Shown: positions 14,561 to 27,215, numbered from the stretch's first letter. The stretch is 64,000 nucleotides of DNA from Takakia lepidozioides (GCA_030704615.1 CM060731.1:41540001-41604000), one strand, 5' to 3'. The notes: generated by a model from the letters alone, not told the origin. Numbers and translations are program-made.

Positions 14561-14899
14561 ACGTGCATTCACCAATGCACAATGGGTCCCAGTGACGTTC
14601 AAACACTTCTGTGTAGAGAGATAGGATAGTTGACATCTGATGTGTTTTCTCGAAGTTCTATATGTGTCAATGACTCCACTTTGCTGAATTACTTTGATAT
14701 GCTCTACTATCGTGAGTTCACCAATGTTTCTTAATTTGTCCACTATTGGAAATGAGACCAGTCACTCTTCATGGATCCACTTTGCTCAAGTAAACCCAAA
14801 CCTTTCCCCATTTTTGGGCTTTTATTTATTTATTTATTTTCTTTTATTTTTGTCTTTTATCGTATTTGGTGAAATTCCCATGTCCAAACAGGGCATGGG

Positions 14900-15417
14900 A
14901 TTAAGATGTCGTTGACGACATCTTAATTAGTGCTTCCCTGAGCAGGATTACAGTTCCCCCCTATGGGTCTCTCCAGGCAATCTTTTTTTATATGCGAGCC
15001 ACTATCGCAGGTTCACCAATGTTTTGTAATAGATCCACTAATGCAGTCACTATTCATGGATCCACTTTGTTCAAGTAAACCCAGGCCTTTCTCCATTTTG
15101 GGGCTTATATATATATATTGTGATTGATCCTGTTTGGTGAAATTCCCATGTTGAAAGAGGGCAGGGGATTAAGATGTCGTTGACGACATCTTAATTCGTC
15201 ATTCCCTGAGCAGGGTTACAACTCCCCCCTATGGTTTTTTCCAGGCCACATTTTTTTCTTGCAACGATTTTCATGGGTTCATTTCTCATGCTGCGCATGC
15301 GATTTAAGATGTCGTTGACGACACCTTAATGCCTGGTGCATGCGCTTGCTGATCCCTCATTTGACTTTCATGGATCCACTTTGTTCAAGTAAACCCAAGC
15401 CTTTCTCCATTTTTGGG

Positions 15418-15455
<38 letters not shown>

Positions 15456-15664
15456 GTGTTATCCTGTTTGGTGAAATTCCCATGTTCAAAGAGGGCAGGG
15501 GATTAAGATGTCGTTGAAGACATCTTAATTCGTCATTCCCTGAGAAGGGTTACAACTCCCCCTATGATTTTTTCCAGGCCACATTTTTCTTCTTGCAACG
15601 ATTGTCATGGGTTCATTTCTCATGCTGAGCATGCGATTTAAGATGTTGTTGACGACACCTTAAT
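14900..15664. repeat. Right array of five 28-bp palindromic motifs (ATTAAGATGTCGTTGACGACA(T/C)CTTAAT), inverted relative to the left array
   Basis: Copies at about 14900, 15168, 15303, 15502 and 15637. They sit within ~310-330-bp duplicated units (about 15054-15360 vs 15368-15690), and there is a (TA)n tract at about 15420-15451. Confidence 0.85.
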
Positions 15665-16039
15665 GACTGGTGCATGCGCTTGCTGAGCCCTCAGGAGACA
15701 TGCTCATACAGTCCTCCATAGTCCCCTCATCTGGACAACTTCTCATCCGTGCTTCATCCAACGTTCATCCATTACATCCCAAATCCATTCATCCGTGAAT
15801 GTATCATCGTGCATTCGTGCCACTTTGTCGTCATGGAGCCTGTCTGTCTTCGGTCCGATGGAGCGGAGACTGCGTCTTTGCAGTGAAGTTGGCGTCCACG
15901 GAAATAGGCCCACTTGTTCCCACGGTTTTGGGGTCCAGCGCGAAATCTACTCACGCTTTGATTCTACTCACGCTTCGGGAAATCTGCTCACGCATCCAGG
16001 AATCTGCTCATAGGTTCTGCTCACGGCTTTGCTGCCCTC

Positions 16040-16216
16040 TTAGAATAAGACAACACCTAATAAAGTCATATGTTGTTGCCAGCTCATCCTCATGCGCAAG
16101 GTGTAAGTTCATCTAGACTTCATCCTGGCTCCGTCCATCCTTAAATCATCCAGGGCGCATCCCTCCTCCGTTCATCCAAGTCGAAAAAGAAAATGAGAAG
16201 GAATCCTAGCTCCACA
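16040..16216 (-). repeat. LTR-like direct repeat, 3' copy (partner 23807-23983)
   Basis: ttagaataagacaacacctaataaagtcatatg...gctccaca occurs at both positions with a few mismatches. It begins TGTGGAGC on the minus strand. Confidence 0.75.
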
Positions 16217-18067
16217 TATGTGAAGTCTGCTGGGGCCACTAGAAACTACGAGCCCCTGCGAGTGATGAGCTCAGGAAGAACAAAAACGAAGCCTAGCCAA
16301 AACAAACTACACACTCGGTACACAAGGGATGAAAAAACCTAGGGAAGAAACCTCTCCCTGCAAGTTGGGTGGAGGACAAAACATCCCATAGGAAAAACCC
16401 CAAGTGCTACAATTGGTGCAGAAAACTGTCACGAAATTCAAAAACTACTCTAAAGAAGAAGATGCCATGGTCTGATCACGAGCTGTCCGAGCTGTGGGGG
16501 TGAAGATCACCTGACGGTTCTCAACATTCAAACATGTTAGATCAAAAGTAAGAGTGCATGGAACAAACAATGAAACATGAATGGAGCTAGCTAAGTGAGG
16601 AGTAGAAGCATGTTGGGGGAGCAAGACATATTGCCTGCCAGGAAGAATATCAGAGATAAGGTAAGGGCCATCAATCCTACGTTTGGCCTTAAATATCTGC
16701 TTACCAGGCTGGAGCCTGACACAAACAGACTAGCCTACCTTGAATGACTCAGAATACACAACACGTCTGTTATAATTCTTGGCCTGAGCAGCTTGGGCAA
16801 ACACAATGTTAGATTTAGCTGTTTCACGCAAACTACGTCGTCTAGCATCCATGGAAAGCAAAAAGACTTCCCAATTCTCAGGCTCAGTAGCGGATACCTG
16901 CAGCCAGGAAATATGCAAAGGAGTTCTACATTTCGTATCATATAAAAGTTCAAAAGGTGAGATTTTGGTACTGGCATGGATATAAGTCCTATAGGCAAAG
17001 AGCAGAATAGGCACGACAATATCCCATTCATCAATTAGTGTTCCATTCTTCTCGAGCATCTGGCATATAGTTTTGTTAAATCGTTCTGTCAAACCATTGC
17101 ATTGGGGATTGTAGGGAGCAGTAACGGCATGCTTAGTGTTGAGATTAAACAAGACAATCTCCATAAGTTGATTGCAGAACTCGGTACCTTGATCCATGAG
17201 GATTTCAAGAGGGCAACCATGACAAAGTATCATCTTATCAAATAAGAACTGCACCACCTCATCACTATCCTTAGCAACCAGAGGTTGGGGCTCAACCCAT
17301 TTCGTCAGGTAGTCCGTAGCAACCGCAAGGTATGCATGGCCCTTAGACATGGATTTAAGGGGTCCAACTAGATCTAAGCCAACCTTGGCAAATGGTTCAG
17401 TCACCGGGATTGGCTGCAAAGATAAGGAAGCTTCGGTCCTAGGTAGGATGGTCTTAGCATGACAGGGCATACATCTTGCAATGAAAGCTGAGAAATCTTT
17501 AACTAAGCCTTTCCAGTGATACTCCTCCTACAATCTTTTGACAGTTTTAGCAACCCCCAAATGGCCAGCATAAGTAGAAGCATGGTACAATTCGAGTAAA
17601 GCAGGGACAACGGACCTAGAAGGGACTTCCACAACAGAGGTACCTTCCAAAGCAGTAACTCTGAACAATCTCCCTTCACTTTCCCAGTGGCTCGGTAAGT
17701 GATAGTTGACTTGCCTCATGATCAACTTGGATATGCCACTAAGGTGGGTGCCGGTCTTGCACCTATGGAGAAGAGCATCGTATAATGGATCATCCATGCC
17801 TACATCACTCATGGCCACACAACAGCAGGTTAGTGGAGGCGAGAAGAAAGTGGCAGCTCCCCCGTTCTCTTCTTTTCGTGACCCTGACTTCATTTTCAGT
17901 TGGCTGCCTATGAGGAGGCCAGCAGGCTGTAGGGCGCAGCTCAGTCCCTCGGTCGGGATACAAACCAAGGCAAGCACAAGACAAGATGAACAGTCCTAAG
18001 GTAAGGGAAAGTACCAGACCCTACTGTAGGATGCCAGACTAGAATTCATGCTAATACCAAAGGAAAT

Positions 18068-20200
18068 TCAACCACCATCAAACTGAAGTAGATCCCAAGT
18101 ACTATCAAGCAGATCTGGAGGAACATAAGGATAGTCCAGCAAATGACACAAGGCAAAGGGATCCAAAACAGGCACAACAGGTGGTGTAGAGCATGCAGTA
18201 TGAGGGACTAGGTCATTTAAGGTAGTGTAAGGTTCAGGGATTTTGGGTTCACCTCGAGTCCAAGCATCTGCATTAACATTATCCTTCCCACGCTTGTAAG
18301 ATATGGTGAAGTCATAGCCTTGCAGTATTAGAGCCCGCCGAGTTAATCTGCTAGTGAGTTCACGAGGAGTTAGCAAGGCTTTCAAAGGTAAATGATCAGT
18401 CTCAATGGTAAAATGACAACCATGTAAATACTGCCTAGAATATTTGACTCCAAAGATAACTGCAAGGCCTTCCTTGTCAGTGATAGAGTAATTACGCTCA
18501 TGTTCATCAAGGCGGCGGGAGGCATAGGCAATGGCATGCTCCTGACCATCCTGAATCTGGCTCAACACTGTAGAGATAGTTAAATCAATGGCATCAGTTT
18601 GCAAGATAAATGACAAGGTAAAATCAGGAAAAGCAAGCATAGAAGCAGAGGTTAGTGCAATTTTGAGCTTATCAAAGGCGGATGTTTCAACAGTACCCCA
18701 CACAAAACGAGCATCATTGGATAACAAGCGAGTGAGTGGAGCAGCTAGTTTGGCAAATTGAAAAATGAAGCGACGATAGTAAGAACCCAAGCCCAAGAAG
18801 GCCTTAACACATGTTTTATCTCTAGGGGTTGGATAGTTCCACACAACCCGGATCTTAGTTGGGTCAGGACTGATGCCAGCAGCAGAAAGCAGATGGCCCA
18901 AGAAATGGAGTTGTTCCATACAAAAATCACACTTCTTGGCTTTAACTTTAAGCCCGGCTGCACGAAGTCTGCACACAACCCGCTGTAAATCCAGTAGATG
19001 AGCATCAAACGTTGTAGAATAAATGTTGATGTCATCAATGTAAACTAAAGCACACTCCCAACGAAGGTTTCCTAAAACAATGTCCATAAGGCGCTGAAAT
19101 GTAGCAGTGACATTGCAAAGGCCAAAAGGCATTGTTTTTAATTGGAAGAGGCCCATCCTGCAGGTGAAGATAGTTTTCTCCTTAGCAGTGGCAGTTAAAG
19201 AAACTTGCCAAAAGCCAGAGGCTAAATCCAATGAAGAGAAGATATTGGCCCCATTAAGTTGATCTAGCGTTTCGTTAATGCATGGCAAAGGGTAGACATC
19301 TTTCTTTGTGATGGCATTTAAACGTCGAAAGTCTACGCAAAAATGGGTTGAGCCATCCTTCTTACCCACTAAGACAAAGGGACTGGCCCAAGGGGATATG
19401 GAGGGGGTGATCACACCAGCATCAAGCATCTTGATAATCTCTTCATGAATGACTTTGCGCTCACGAACACTCTCCCTATAAGCATGTTGTTTGATAGGCT
19501 TACCATCTGTGATGATGTCATGATCTAGAATGGTGGTGCGGCCTAAGTCATGGGGCCCTTTACTAAAGATGTCGAGATTGTCACGGAGAAATAGGTGCAG
19601 GTGACTAATCTGCTGGGGAGTAAGGTGATCACCCACTTTGATATCCTTTAAGACCTGCTGGAAATGTTGCTCGTGTTCGGGAGTAAGCGTGCCATTGCCA
19701 GTGGAGCCGGAGTGAGAGGCAAACGCCTGGAGTTGGTCAACGGGGGAGTCCACCAGTCCAATATCATGAAGACTGAGGCCTTTTTGAACAGAGGCCAACT
19801 CAGACAAATGAGAAACAATGAGCCTAGCAAGGACCTGACCCTTGCAGACACTGATGGTGATACGTTCTGGATTAGCAACCAGTAATCTGACCTCTCCATT
19901 AAATCCCATGTCTAAAACCCCAGAAGCAATCAGACAGTGCTTTTGGAGGGTAAGTTTTTTCCAGCCTTTAACCTCAAGGAAATGACATATAAGGCAAGCA
20001 AAAGCTAAGCATGTAGGTACTATGCGCTGAGAAAAAGCTGGGATAATGAAGTCAACTGGAGAACGTAGCAACATGGTATTCTTTGCCACAGGCAAGGGAG
20101 GTCCAGACTTCTTACCTGGTGGAGGGAAATGCCATTGGTACAGATTATCACCAAGTGGTTGGAACTGGCTGAATCTGGCCCAATTATAATGCAAACCCAC
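18068..20200 (-). CDS. gypsy pol segment: dUTPase-like domain, reverse transcriptase and RNase H (710-aa open frame)
   Basis: aa 44-130 LLRSPVDFIIP....IVPT.LAF...ASGVLDMGFNGEVRLLVAN......VCKGQVLARLIV, followed by canonical RT and RNase H motifs. Confidence 0.8.
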   Translation of the reverse strand: MGLHYNWARFSQFQPLGDNLYQWHFPPPGKKSGPPLPVAKNTMLLRSPVDFIIPAFSQRIVPTCLAFACLICHFLEVKGWKKLTLQKHCLIASGVLDMGFNGEVRLLVANPERITISVCKGQVLARLIVSHLSELASVQKGLSLHDIGLVDSPVDQLQAFASHSGSTGNGTLTPEHEQHFQQVLKDIKVGDHLTPQQISHLHLFLRDNLDIFSKGPHDLGRTTILDHDIITDGKPIKQHAYRESVRERKVIHEEIIKMLDAGVITPSISPWASPFVLVGKKDGSTHFCVDFRRLNAITKKDVYPLPCINETLDQLNGANIFSSLDLASGFWQVSLTATAKEKTIFTCRMGLFQLKTMPFGLCNVTATFQRLMDIVLGNLRWECALVYIDDINIYSTTFDAHLLDLQRVVCRLRAAGLKVKAKKCDFCMEQLHFLGHLLSAAGISPDPTKIRVVWNYPTPRDKTCVKAFLGLGSYYRRFIFQFAKLAAPLTRLLSNDARFVWGTVETSAFDKLKIALTSASMLAFPDFTLSFILQTDAIDLTISTVLSQIQDGQEHAIAYASRRLDEHERNYSITDKEGLAVIFGVKYSRQYLHGCHFTIETDHLPLKALLTPRELTSRLTRRALILQGYDFTISYKRGKDNVNADAWTRGEPKIPEPYTTLNDLVPHTACSTPPVVPVLDPFALCHLLDYPYVPPDLLDSTWDLLQFDGG

Positions 20201-20597
20201 CTGCTCCTATCTGCTCAGCTTGAAGCTTGAGATGAGAATAGTTGGCCATAGAGGTCCCAGCGGCAATAGTAACATGGCTTAGACTCCTTTGTAAGGTTGC
20301 CCCTCACCATTGTGAAGGCACATAAGATTGTTCATGATGTCAATGTTGGACTCTGCACCCTTCATCCAATCCAGTCCCAATAAAATTGTTTACCCGTGGT
20401 GACAATGCAGGTCAGCAAGACAGTTTTCCCACTAATGCGGATAGGCAAGGTGACCAACCCTATGGGTTCATATGCCGTGCCATCAGCTATGGTAACTTCA
20501 AGGCCATGGGCAGGGCTAATTTTTTAATCCAAGAATGCAAACTGTATTAAGTGGAATGGCAGACATGGTATATCTAGTATCAATAACACATGAAAAG

Positions 20598-21229
20598 GAA
20601 AGGTGGCCCACATGACATTGTGTCATCAGTGGGTGGATCCGGTCCCTACTGATGCGCTTATAGGCCTCACAATGCATGAGTTTGAAATCACGAGAAAGAA
20701 TAGCACTTACCATCGTTTTGGGGTTCTTACCATGGTCATCTGGCACCCTCACAGACGACCGGATTCGTTTAAAGTACCCCTCTATTTTTTGTCTCTTTGC
20801 AACTGTTCAATTAGAGCAGGTAAGTCAGATTGGTAAGGGCACCACCTGGTGTAATGCTTAGTGGACTTGCAAATCATGCATGCCACCATGGAAGTCCTGG
20901 CTTCATGACGAATGAAAGGTGGCCCACATGACATTGTGTCATCAGTGGGTGGATCCGGTCCCTACTAATGCACTTATAGGCCTCACACTGCATGAGTTTG
21001 AAATCACGAGAGAGAACAACACTTACCATCGTTTTGGGGTTCTTACCATGGTCATCTGGCACCCTCACAGACGACCGGGTTCGTTTAAAGTACCCCTCTA
21101 TTTTTTGTCTCTTTGCAACTGTTCAATCAGAGCAGGTAAGTCAGATTGGTAAGGACACCACCTGGTGTAATGCTTAGTGGACTTGCAGATCATGCATGCC
21201 ACCACGGAAGTCCTGGCTTCATGACGAAT
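20598..21229. repeat. 316-bp tandem duplication across the gag-protease junction
   Basis: 20598-20913 and 20914-21229 are near-identical, which produces duplicate ORF pairs (20603/20919, 20676/20992). Confidence 0.9.
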
Positions 21230-23253
21230 GCCAGCATTGGTCTTACCTTGAGGCCCAGATTTGGCAGTGACTGTAGAGTTCCAGCCTACCTCGGCTTTGA
21301 AGGCTTGAAGTTCTCCCTGGATTTCATTACGAAAAGATGACAACTCATGCACAATGGAAGGGACCAGATCTTCTGCAATACCTTTCACCCCAAGGTCCCC
21401 ATCAGTATGCTCTACACAGTTACCATCACTAGCCAGATAAGTGTGTTTTGTGTTGGTAACTTTAGACAAGCCTGCCTTGGCAGCTTTGAGACGTAACCTT
21501 TCTTCAATCAATTCCACCATCTCATCTTCAGTGGTGTAAGTCTGTTTTTGCAGAAACACTTTCTCAGCAGGGGGCAAGCCCTTTACAAAACAATGTTTCA
21601 AAATAGCAGGTCTCTCTGAGGCAATTAGAACTGACTTACAGATTGCGGTTCACAAGTCAGTGTAGTATTTCCACACACTGTCGCCATAATGAAATTTTAA
21701 GTCTGGTGTGGTGTAAGCTATGGGCTGTTCTTCACGAAAGAGCTTGCGAGCCAATTCTCTGGCTTCTACCCAAGTAAGATCATTTTTGTCCTTAATATTG
21801 GACTCAAACAGTTGCCTGGCCTCTCCCTTGAGACAGATCTGAAAAAACTTTACTTGGAACCGTGGGAGAACTCCATTCATTTCAGTGCTGATTTCAAAAA
21901 ATTCCAAGAAGGACTCAAAATCCTCCCCTAAGTTGTAGTCAGGGTATTGTTGCTTATGCATTCGCTCCCCATGATCAGTTTTCCGTGGAGTGGTATCTGG
22001 AACTTCCCTTTGTTTCAGCAACATCTTCATAAGCGGGAGGCAATTTGAAATCACCCCCATGGCTTCACACAGCTCGTCCAAATCAAATGTGGGTTGAGGC
22101 ACAGTCGTCGGATCCTTGTGATCTCCGGACGACTCTCCCCTTTCCGTATTATTTCTTTCATTAGTTGTTGTCTCTTCCCTCTCCTCCGCTGCACATTTTT
22201 CCAACTCACTTAGTCCCATCGTCTCTTCTGCTTCTCTCTCTAATATAGATCTTGTAAATACAGGCATGAGAAGAGGAGTACACGGCTACCTGTCCGAAGG
22301 GGCACTGAGCTTCAAATCCCACCTAGACACACAGTGAGATGTGACGAAGCGATGCTTGTGCAGCAGATACATTCCTTCCCCCAAGAAAGCCCATAGTTCC
22401 TCTTCACCCTTGAGCCAAAAAGTCACGCGCACGATGCTGCGTACCACCCTTTCCTTCACCAACAGCATATGGGCAGGATATGCCTTGGCTGCTTCAGCCT
22501 TGTAGAGACCTACTGTTTCACGTCGAAAACACACCCCCGGAAAGATCAACACATCACTGGGACAAAAAGGGAACTCAGAGTCGGGAATACCAGTGATGAG
22601 CTCTTCCCAAGTGGGGTCTCGGGTAGGGGCTGGCGGAACTCGAGGCTTAAATTAGCAAGCAGAATTGATGTACCTCCTTTAACTAGTTCCCACAATCGTA
22701 GAGGGCTCGGCTTGTCAGGAGGCAGGAAGCTCTCAAGCTCTACACCCAATTCTCGACTCACAGAGAATTGTGGAACGCCCAAGACAGCCCAACTAAGTTT
22801 CTCACCACTCTCCAACTGCTCCTTGCAGGCACTAGCAAGGGGAATCTGTAGAGTGACTTCCCTGGAATGAAGCTTGAGGAGAAGGCGTGTGGCGTAGGCT
22901 CCCTGAAGAGACTCGCGAATGCGCCGACTCTGCTCCCTCTGCTCCGCTTTAGTGTGTATGGGCTTGCAAGCTTCTTTGCGTGCAGTTTCCTCAAAGGTCT
23001 TGGCCCAGAACTCTGAGGGCGTGTCCAGCGGGAGCTCATGCCATGGAATAGGTTCTCCCTCCGGATAATCGACAAACACCAGCTGCTCAGGTAACAGGTT
23101 GCATGCAAGCTCACAAATGTAGCAAGATTCCAACGTCTGGGTTTGTCTCAAGCGCGGGACCTCGAATTGATCAAGCTCAAACCAACCACGCTCAGAACTG
23201 GAAGCCATAGTGCTCACTTGCGAAACTCTCAAAACACAGAAAAGCTCGAGCAG

Positions 23254-23258
<5 letters not shown>

Positions 23259-23298
<40 letters not shown>
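23259..23298. repeat. (CT)n microsatellite
   Basis: About 20 CT units. Confidence 0.95.
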
Positions 23299-23302
<4 letters not shown>

Positions 23303-23806
23303 ATGACATACAAGCCGTCATTTTGCCACTACCTCTCCCCTCAATCATGCAGGATCACCCGTACACAATCTACTGCTCTCAGGTGTTTTGTACAAGCCAA
23401 ATTCTCTTTTAACCATTTTTTAGTTACCCCGCATCTCTCGCATTATTCCGGCGCTATGGGTTTAATCCCCTTTCTCTACCGGACTTAATCCTATCTGGGG
23501 AATATAGTCGATAGATGGGCCTGGCAGAGAAGACGGAATCTCACGAAGAGGACGCAACAGAGTCGGACTTCCAAAATGCATTCATCCACACACTCAAGCA
23601 CACCGTTACACCAAGCGTATACTCGCGTAAGACCCAAAAGCCACCACCCTCACTGCCACGGCAGTCGAGCTTAAATAGTATTAGGTCGTAATCTAATCTT
23701 AGTGCCGCGTGACACTTACATATAGGCCAGCCAGATGCCCTTCCAGCATAGCCATAGAAAGAAGCCTGATCACCATATCCATCCTAATCTAATCCTAAAC
23801 TAGCTA

Positions 23807-23983
23807 TTAGAATAAGACAACACCTAATAAAGTCATATGCTGTTGCCAGTTCATCCTCATGCGCAAGGTGTAAGTTCATCCAGACTTCATCCTGGCTCCG
23901 TCCATCCCTAAATCATCCGAGGTGCATCCCTCCTCCGTTCATCCAAGTCGAAAAGGAAGGTGAGAAGGAATCCCAGCTCCACA
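23807..23983 (-). repeat. LTR-like direct repeat, 5' copy (partner 16040-16216)
   Basis: Matches 16040-16216 by direct sequence comparison. Confidence 0.75.
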
Positions 23984-24623
23984 AGACAACACACATAATT
24001 GGAAGTCCACCCGAGAGAATCCATTCACGAGAGGCTTTCTAGACGCAGAGTGCGCCACTTTGCACGCTCCACTATTCATTCCATTCTGTATCCAAATTGA
24101 CAGAATAAACTGATGTTTCCAGTTTCCACCAATACATATGAATGTACATCTACTGCCCAAGAACCTGGGTAAGTGTTGTTCCTGTAAGCAACACACAAAT
24201 TAGAACACATGTAGTTGAACCATTTTCAGAAACTAAGACTCTCTGAATCAAACAGTAGGTTTACAGTGAAGCTGCATCAGAGTTCTAAGCGGAAGTCACC
24301 CGAACCCCTACCCAAACCCCCACACCCAAAAGTGTAATCCTTATCTGTACTTCTACCCTCGGACTCTAAAAGCAACCACGGAAAGCAACGTGTGTAACAA
24401 AACTACAAATAATAACAAGCTTATGAACAATCACTCATGGGTGCTTCTAAGTATCTCATAAGCGTCTTACAAGTTACTTAAGACTAAACATCCAAACAAC
24501 CACATCAAGCTCACACCAAAGGCAAGGTAAAGAATGAAACACAACGCTTTGAAACAGAACGCTTTGAAACAGCATGTAACACTTGGTTAGGCACAAGACG
24601 TCCCAACAAAGCTTTGAAACTAG

Positions 24624-25206
24624 CATCAAAGACAGCTGGGGGTCTGGACGTACACAAGCTAGTGTCCATCCTACAATTTCCTCCAAAAAGAAGGAAGAAG
24701 ATGGAATGCGTTACTGAGGTCCCTATCGAACTGGAAAACTTTGATGCAAGGGACGTTGCTGCGATGCCCTTGCAAGCTGCGCTTGGGTTCAGGTTAGCAA
24801 TAATTGTGGCCCACAATCTAGCCAGAGGGTGGGTGATTGATTTGCACATATTCTTTTTCCCAATTGCAGGGGGGGATGGAGGCCCCTCGATCCAAGCACC
24901 GTATGGTGCAGGCCCAAAAGATAAAGCAGGTACTTAAAGGGTGCTGGCTAAAGCAACATCTGCACTTGTAGCTTCAAGATCTTAACACATCAACATAATT
25001 GTCAATCATTGTCTTGGAGGACAGAAGTTCTTGTAGCATTTATAGGCCGTAGGTGTCCATTGTCATACAGATCCTTTCTGTCATCGCAGGCACGTTCTAC
25101 GTGCTTTTCAGTACATTCCATATCCAGCTTCTTCCTTCTTCTTGGAGGAAATTGTAGAATGGACACTAGCTTGTGTACGTCCAGCGATCCCCAGCTGTCT
25201 TTGATG
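24624..25206. repeat. ~78-bp inverted repeat pair with a ~430-bp spacer
   Basis: catcaaagacagctgggg..ctggacgtacacaagctagtgtccat.ctacaatttcctcc (24624-24700) is the reverse complement of 25128-25206. Confidence 0.85.
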
Positions 25207-27076
25207 GGAGGAAATAGAGGAAATAGCTAGCCACCGTCGGAGCATCACTTTGCAAGTCTATTAATTACTCCTAACTGCTATACTTCCTAATCAAGTTTAG
25301 AATCAATGAACTTCTATGGGTGCACCTTGAAACACGGAGTAGACTGTAGTGCACCAACACACACACCTGCCAAACGCAACCCATAGCACTAGAAGTGCAA
25401 CGTTTGGCCCCCCACCTGGCAGCTTCATCTGCATCTCAAACTCACTCAACTTAGTGGACCTAGAATCAAGAGGACCTGGAGGACCCACAAGGTCATTCAG
25501 CGTGCATGGGACTGATCCACTGTTTGGCCTGGAGAGACCTCCGCAATGGCCTCAAATACTTTGCTTTTTGCCTGGAAACGGCCACATCACTAATCTAGAA
25601 AGAGCCAACAGCCTGCATGCAATCTCTCTCTATCCACTGTCTGTTCCAAGGTAAGTCATACTACCGGCGTCAGCCCCCTGACAAAGGTAGTTTCTGTCCC
25701 TTTGTAATTCCGCTCAACTGGGCGCGGGGTCAATGGCCACAAGGCTACGGAAAACAACCTCTTATGAGTACATTCTATCCACACTTCTATTAGAGGACGG
25801 GAAATCGTGAAGGACTGTAAGGAAAGAGAATGTACTCACAACAACAGCATCACTAGCAACGTGGGCAACAGAGTGGCCCCCCGGCATTGCACGCAGCCTG
25901 TGCATGGCAGCAGAGTTTGGGAGCTGATCATGGCCGCCACCTTGAAACCTTTGCGTCTCCTTGTCTGCACTTTCGTCCAGTAGCTGCAATCGACCAGTCT
26001 TTCAGAGTTGTCCCTTGTAGATGCCAGTTGTTCCTGTATCTGGTTCAAGAATGTTAAGTCGTGCCCTTGGGCAGCCTGATAGTATCACAAGGTTTTCAAA
26101 AGAGATTGGAGGCCACAGACACAAATTATTCTCCCATTCCATTCATGTTGCAGGTTTGTATCTACTAGTTAAGTTTGAGACTTCCACATTAATCATTGTC
26201 ACAGTACAATGTGACCGACTGTTACCTTGACAATGAAAAGCAGACTGATTGCACGTATCAGACCTGAGGTGCCATCATTGAGTTTTGGTATACATGTGTC
26301 ATGGAGAAGGCCTTTGATCTGATGAAGAGTCCAGCTCTCTCCCTCTGGTACATAAAAGTCTATAACTCCCTCCCCTTTTCTTATCCTTCCCCTCTTAATG
26401 TTTTGTCTAAAAACTTGCAGGTCTTGCAATGACAAGGCCCTCTGTTTGTGCCTTTGATGATATGTGAATTGCCATAGGGTTTCAGGTTGATGGTTACTTT
26501 GGGTGAGCATTTGCTTTATGGCCAGGGTAGATCATGTCCTTGTGAAATCTGATGGCTGCTGGAGTCCTGTTCTTCCAGGCTCGCAAATGCACAGCTCCCA
26601 CTTCACTGGTCCCGCAGCTTTACTAGTTGTGTGTTGTTGTGATGGCAGATCAATGCGCTCAAGGCAGGATGCTCCTGTCGATCTTCTTGGTGTACCAATG
26701 CACCTTGTGACCAAAGTCTACACCTCAATAGTGGATAGGCCATAGTTCTGGTGATATTGTAACTACAATGTTGGCTTCGGTAGAATCAAGATAATAAAAC
26801 ACTTGTTGAACGTTCAAACATCCCTTCAAACCTCATTTCTTCAGTGTAGGGCCCTTCTGGCCTACACATAATGGCAACAAGAGAGACCTTCATTTTGAGT
26901 TGAGCTTTTACAGTCTCTCCACAATTCCACCAGCATCTCCTATTTCGAATGGTCTACTGTGGGAGGGATCACCTTTCTGTTCCCACAGGAACGTCTCGCA
27001 CGTTAAAAGGAAGGCAACACAGCCAGTTTCATCGCTTGGAGCGATTTCTTCACCTTTACCGGTTAAAGAGCCAATG

Positions 27077-27215
27077 CCTGTTTCTGTCATTATTCCAGTA
27101 TATAATGAAGTATCCTTCATAGGGATCCTGGTGGAAAGAGTGGGAGCTGTGATGCGCAGGCGGGGAGGGCCTAATTACGAAATCATTTGCATTGAGGACG
27201 GACCTACTGACGGTA
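27077..27215 (+). pseudogene. GT2 glycosyltransferase (DPM/ArnC-like) N-terminal exon fragment
   Basis: VSVIIPVYNE..I..LV.RV.......YEIICIEDGPTDG, ending at a GTAAGG donor-like site. Confidence 0.7.

Larger units (their letters stand above)
16040..23983 (-). mobile_element. Ty3/gypsy retrotransposon (gag-PR-dUTPase-like-RT-RH-IN), degenerate
   Basis: gag at 22267-21098 with CMICKSTKHYTRWC knuckle; protease VIDT near 20580; RT (SPWASP, FCVDFRRLN, LDLASGFWQV, MPFGL, YIDD) and RNase H (LQTDA, IAYASR, TDH) in ORF 20200-18068; integrase (H...GHLG, GLDLVGP, DQGTEF, NGLTER) at 17977-16730. Bounded by a ~177-bp direct repeat. Confidence 0.9.

Noticed and set aside
9648-15664. CRISPR-like appearance of the spaced 28-bp palindromes
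   Set aside because: The spacers are about 100 bp or longer and related to each other, there are no cas genes, the context is eukaryotic, and the arrays flank a transposase in inverted orientation.
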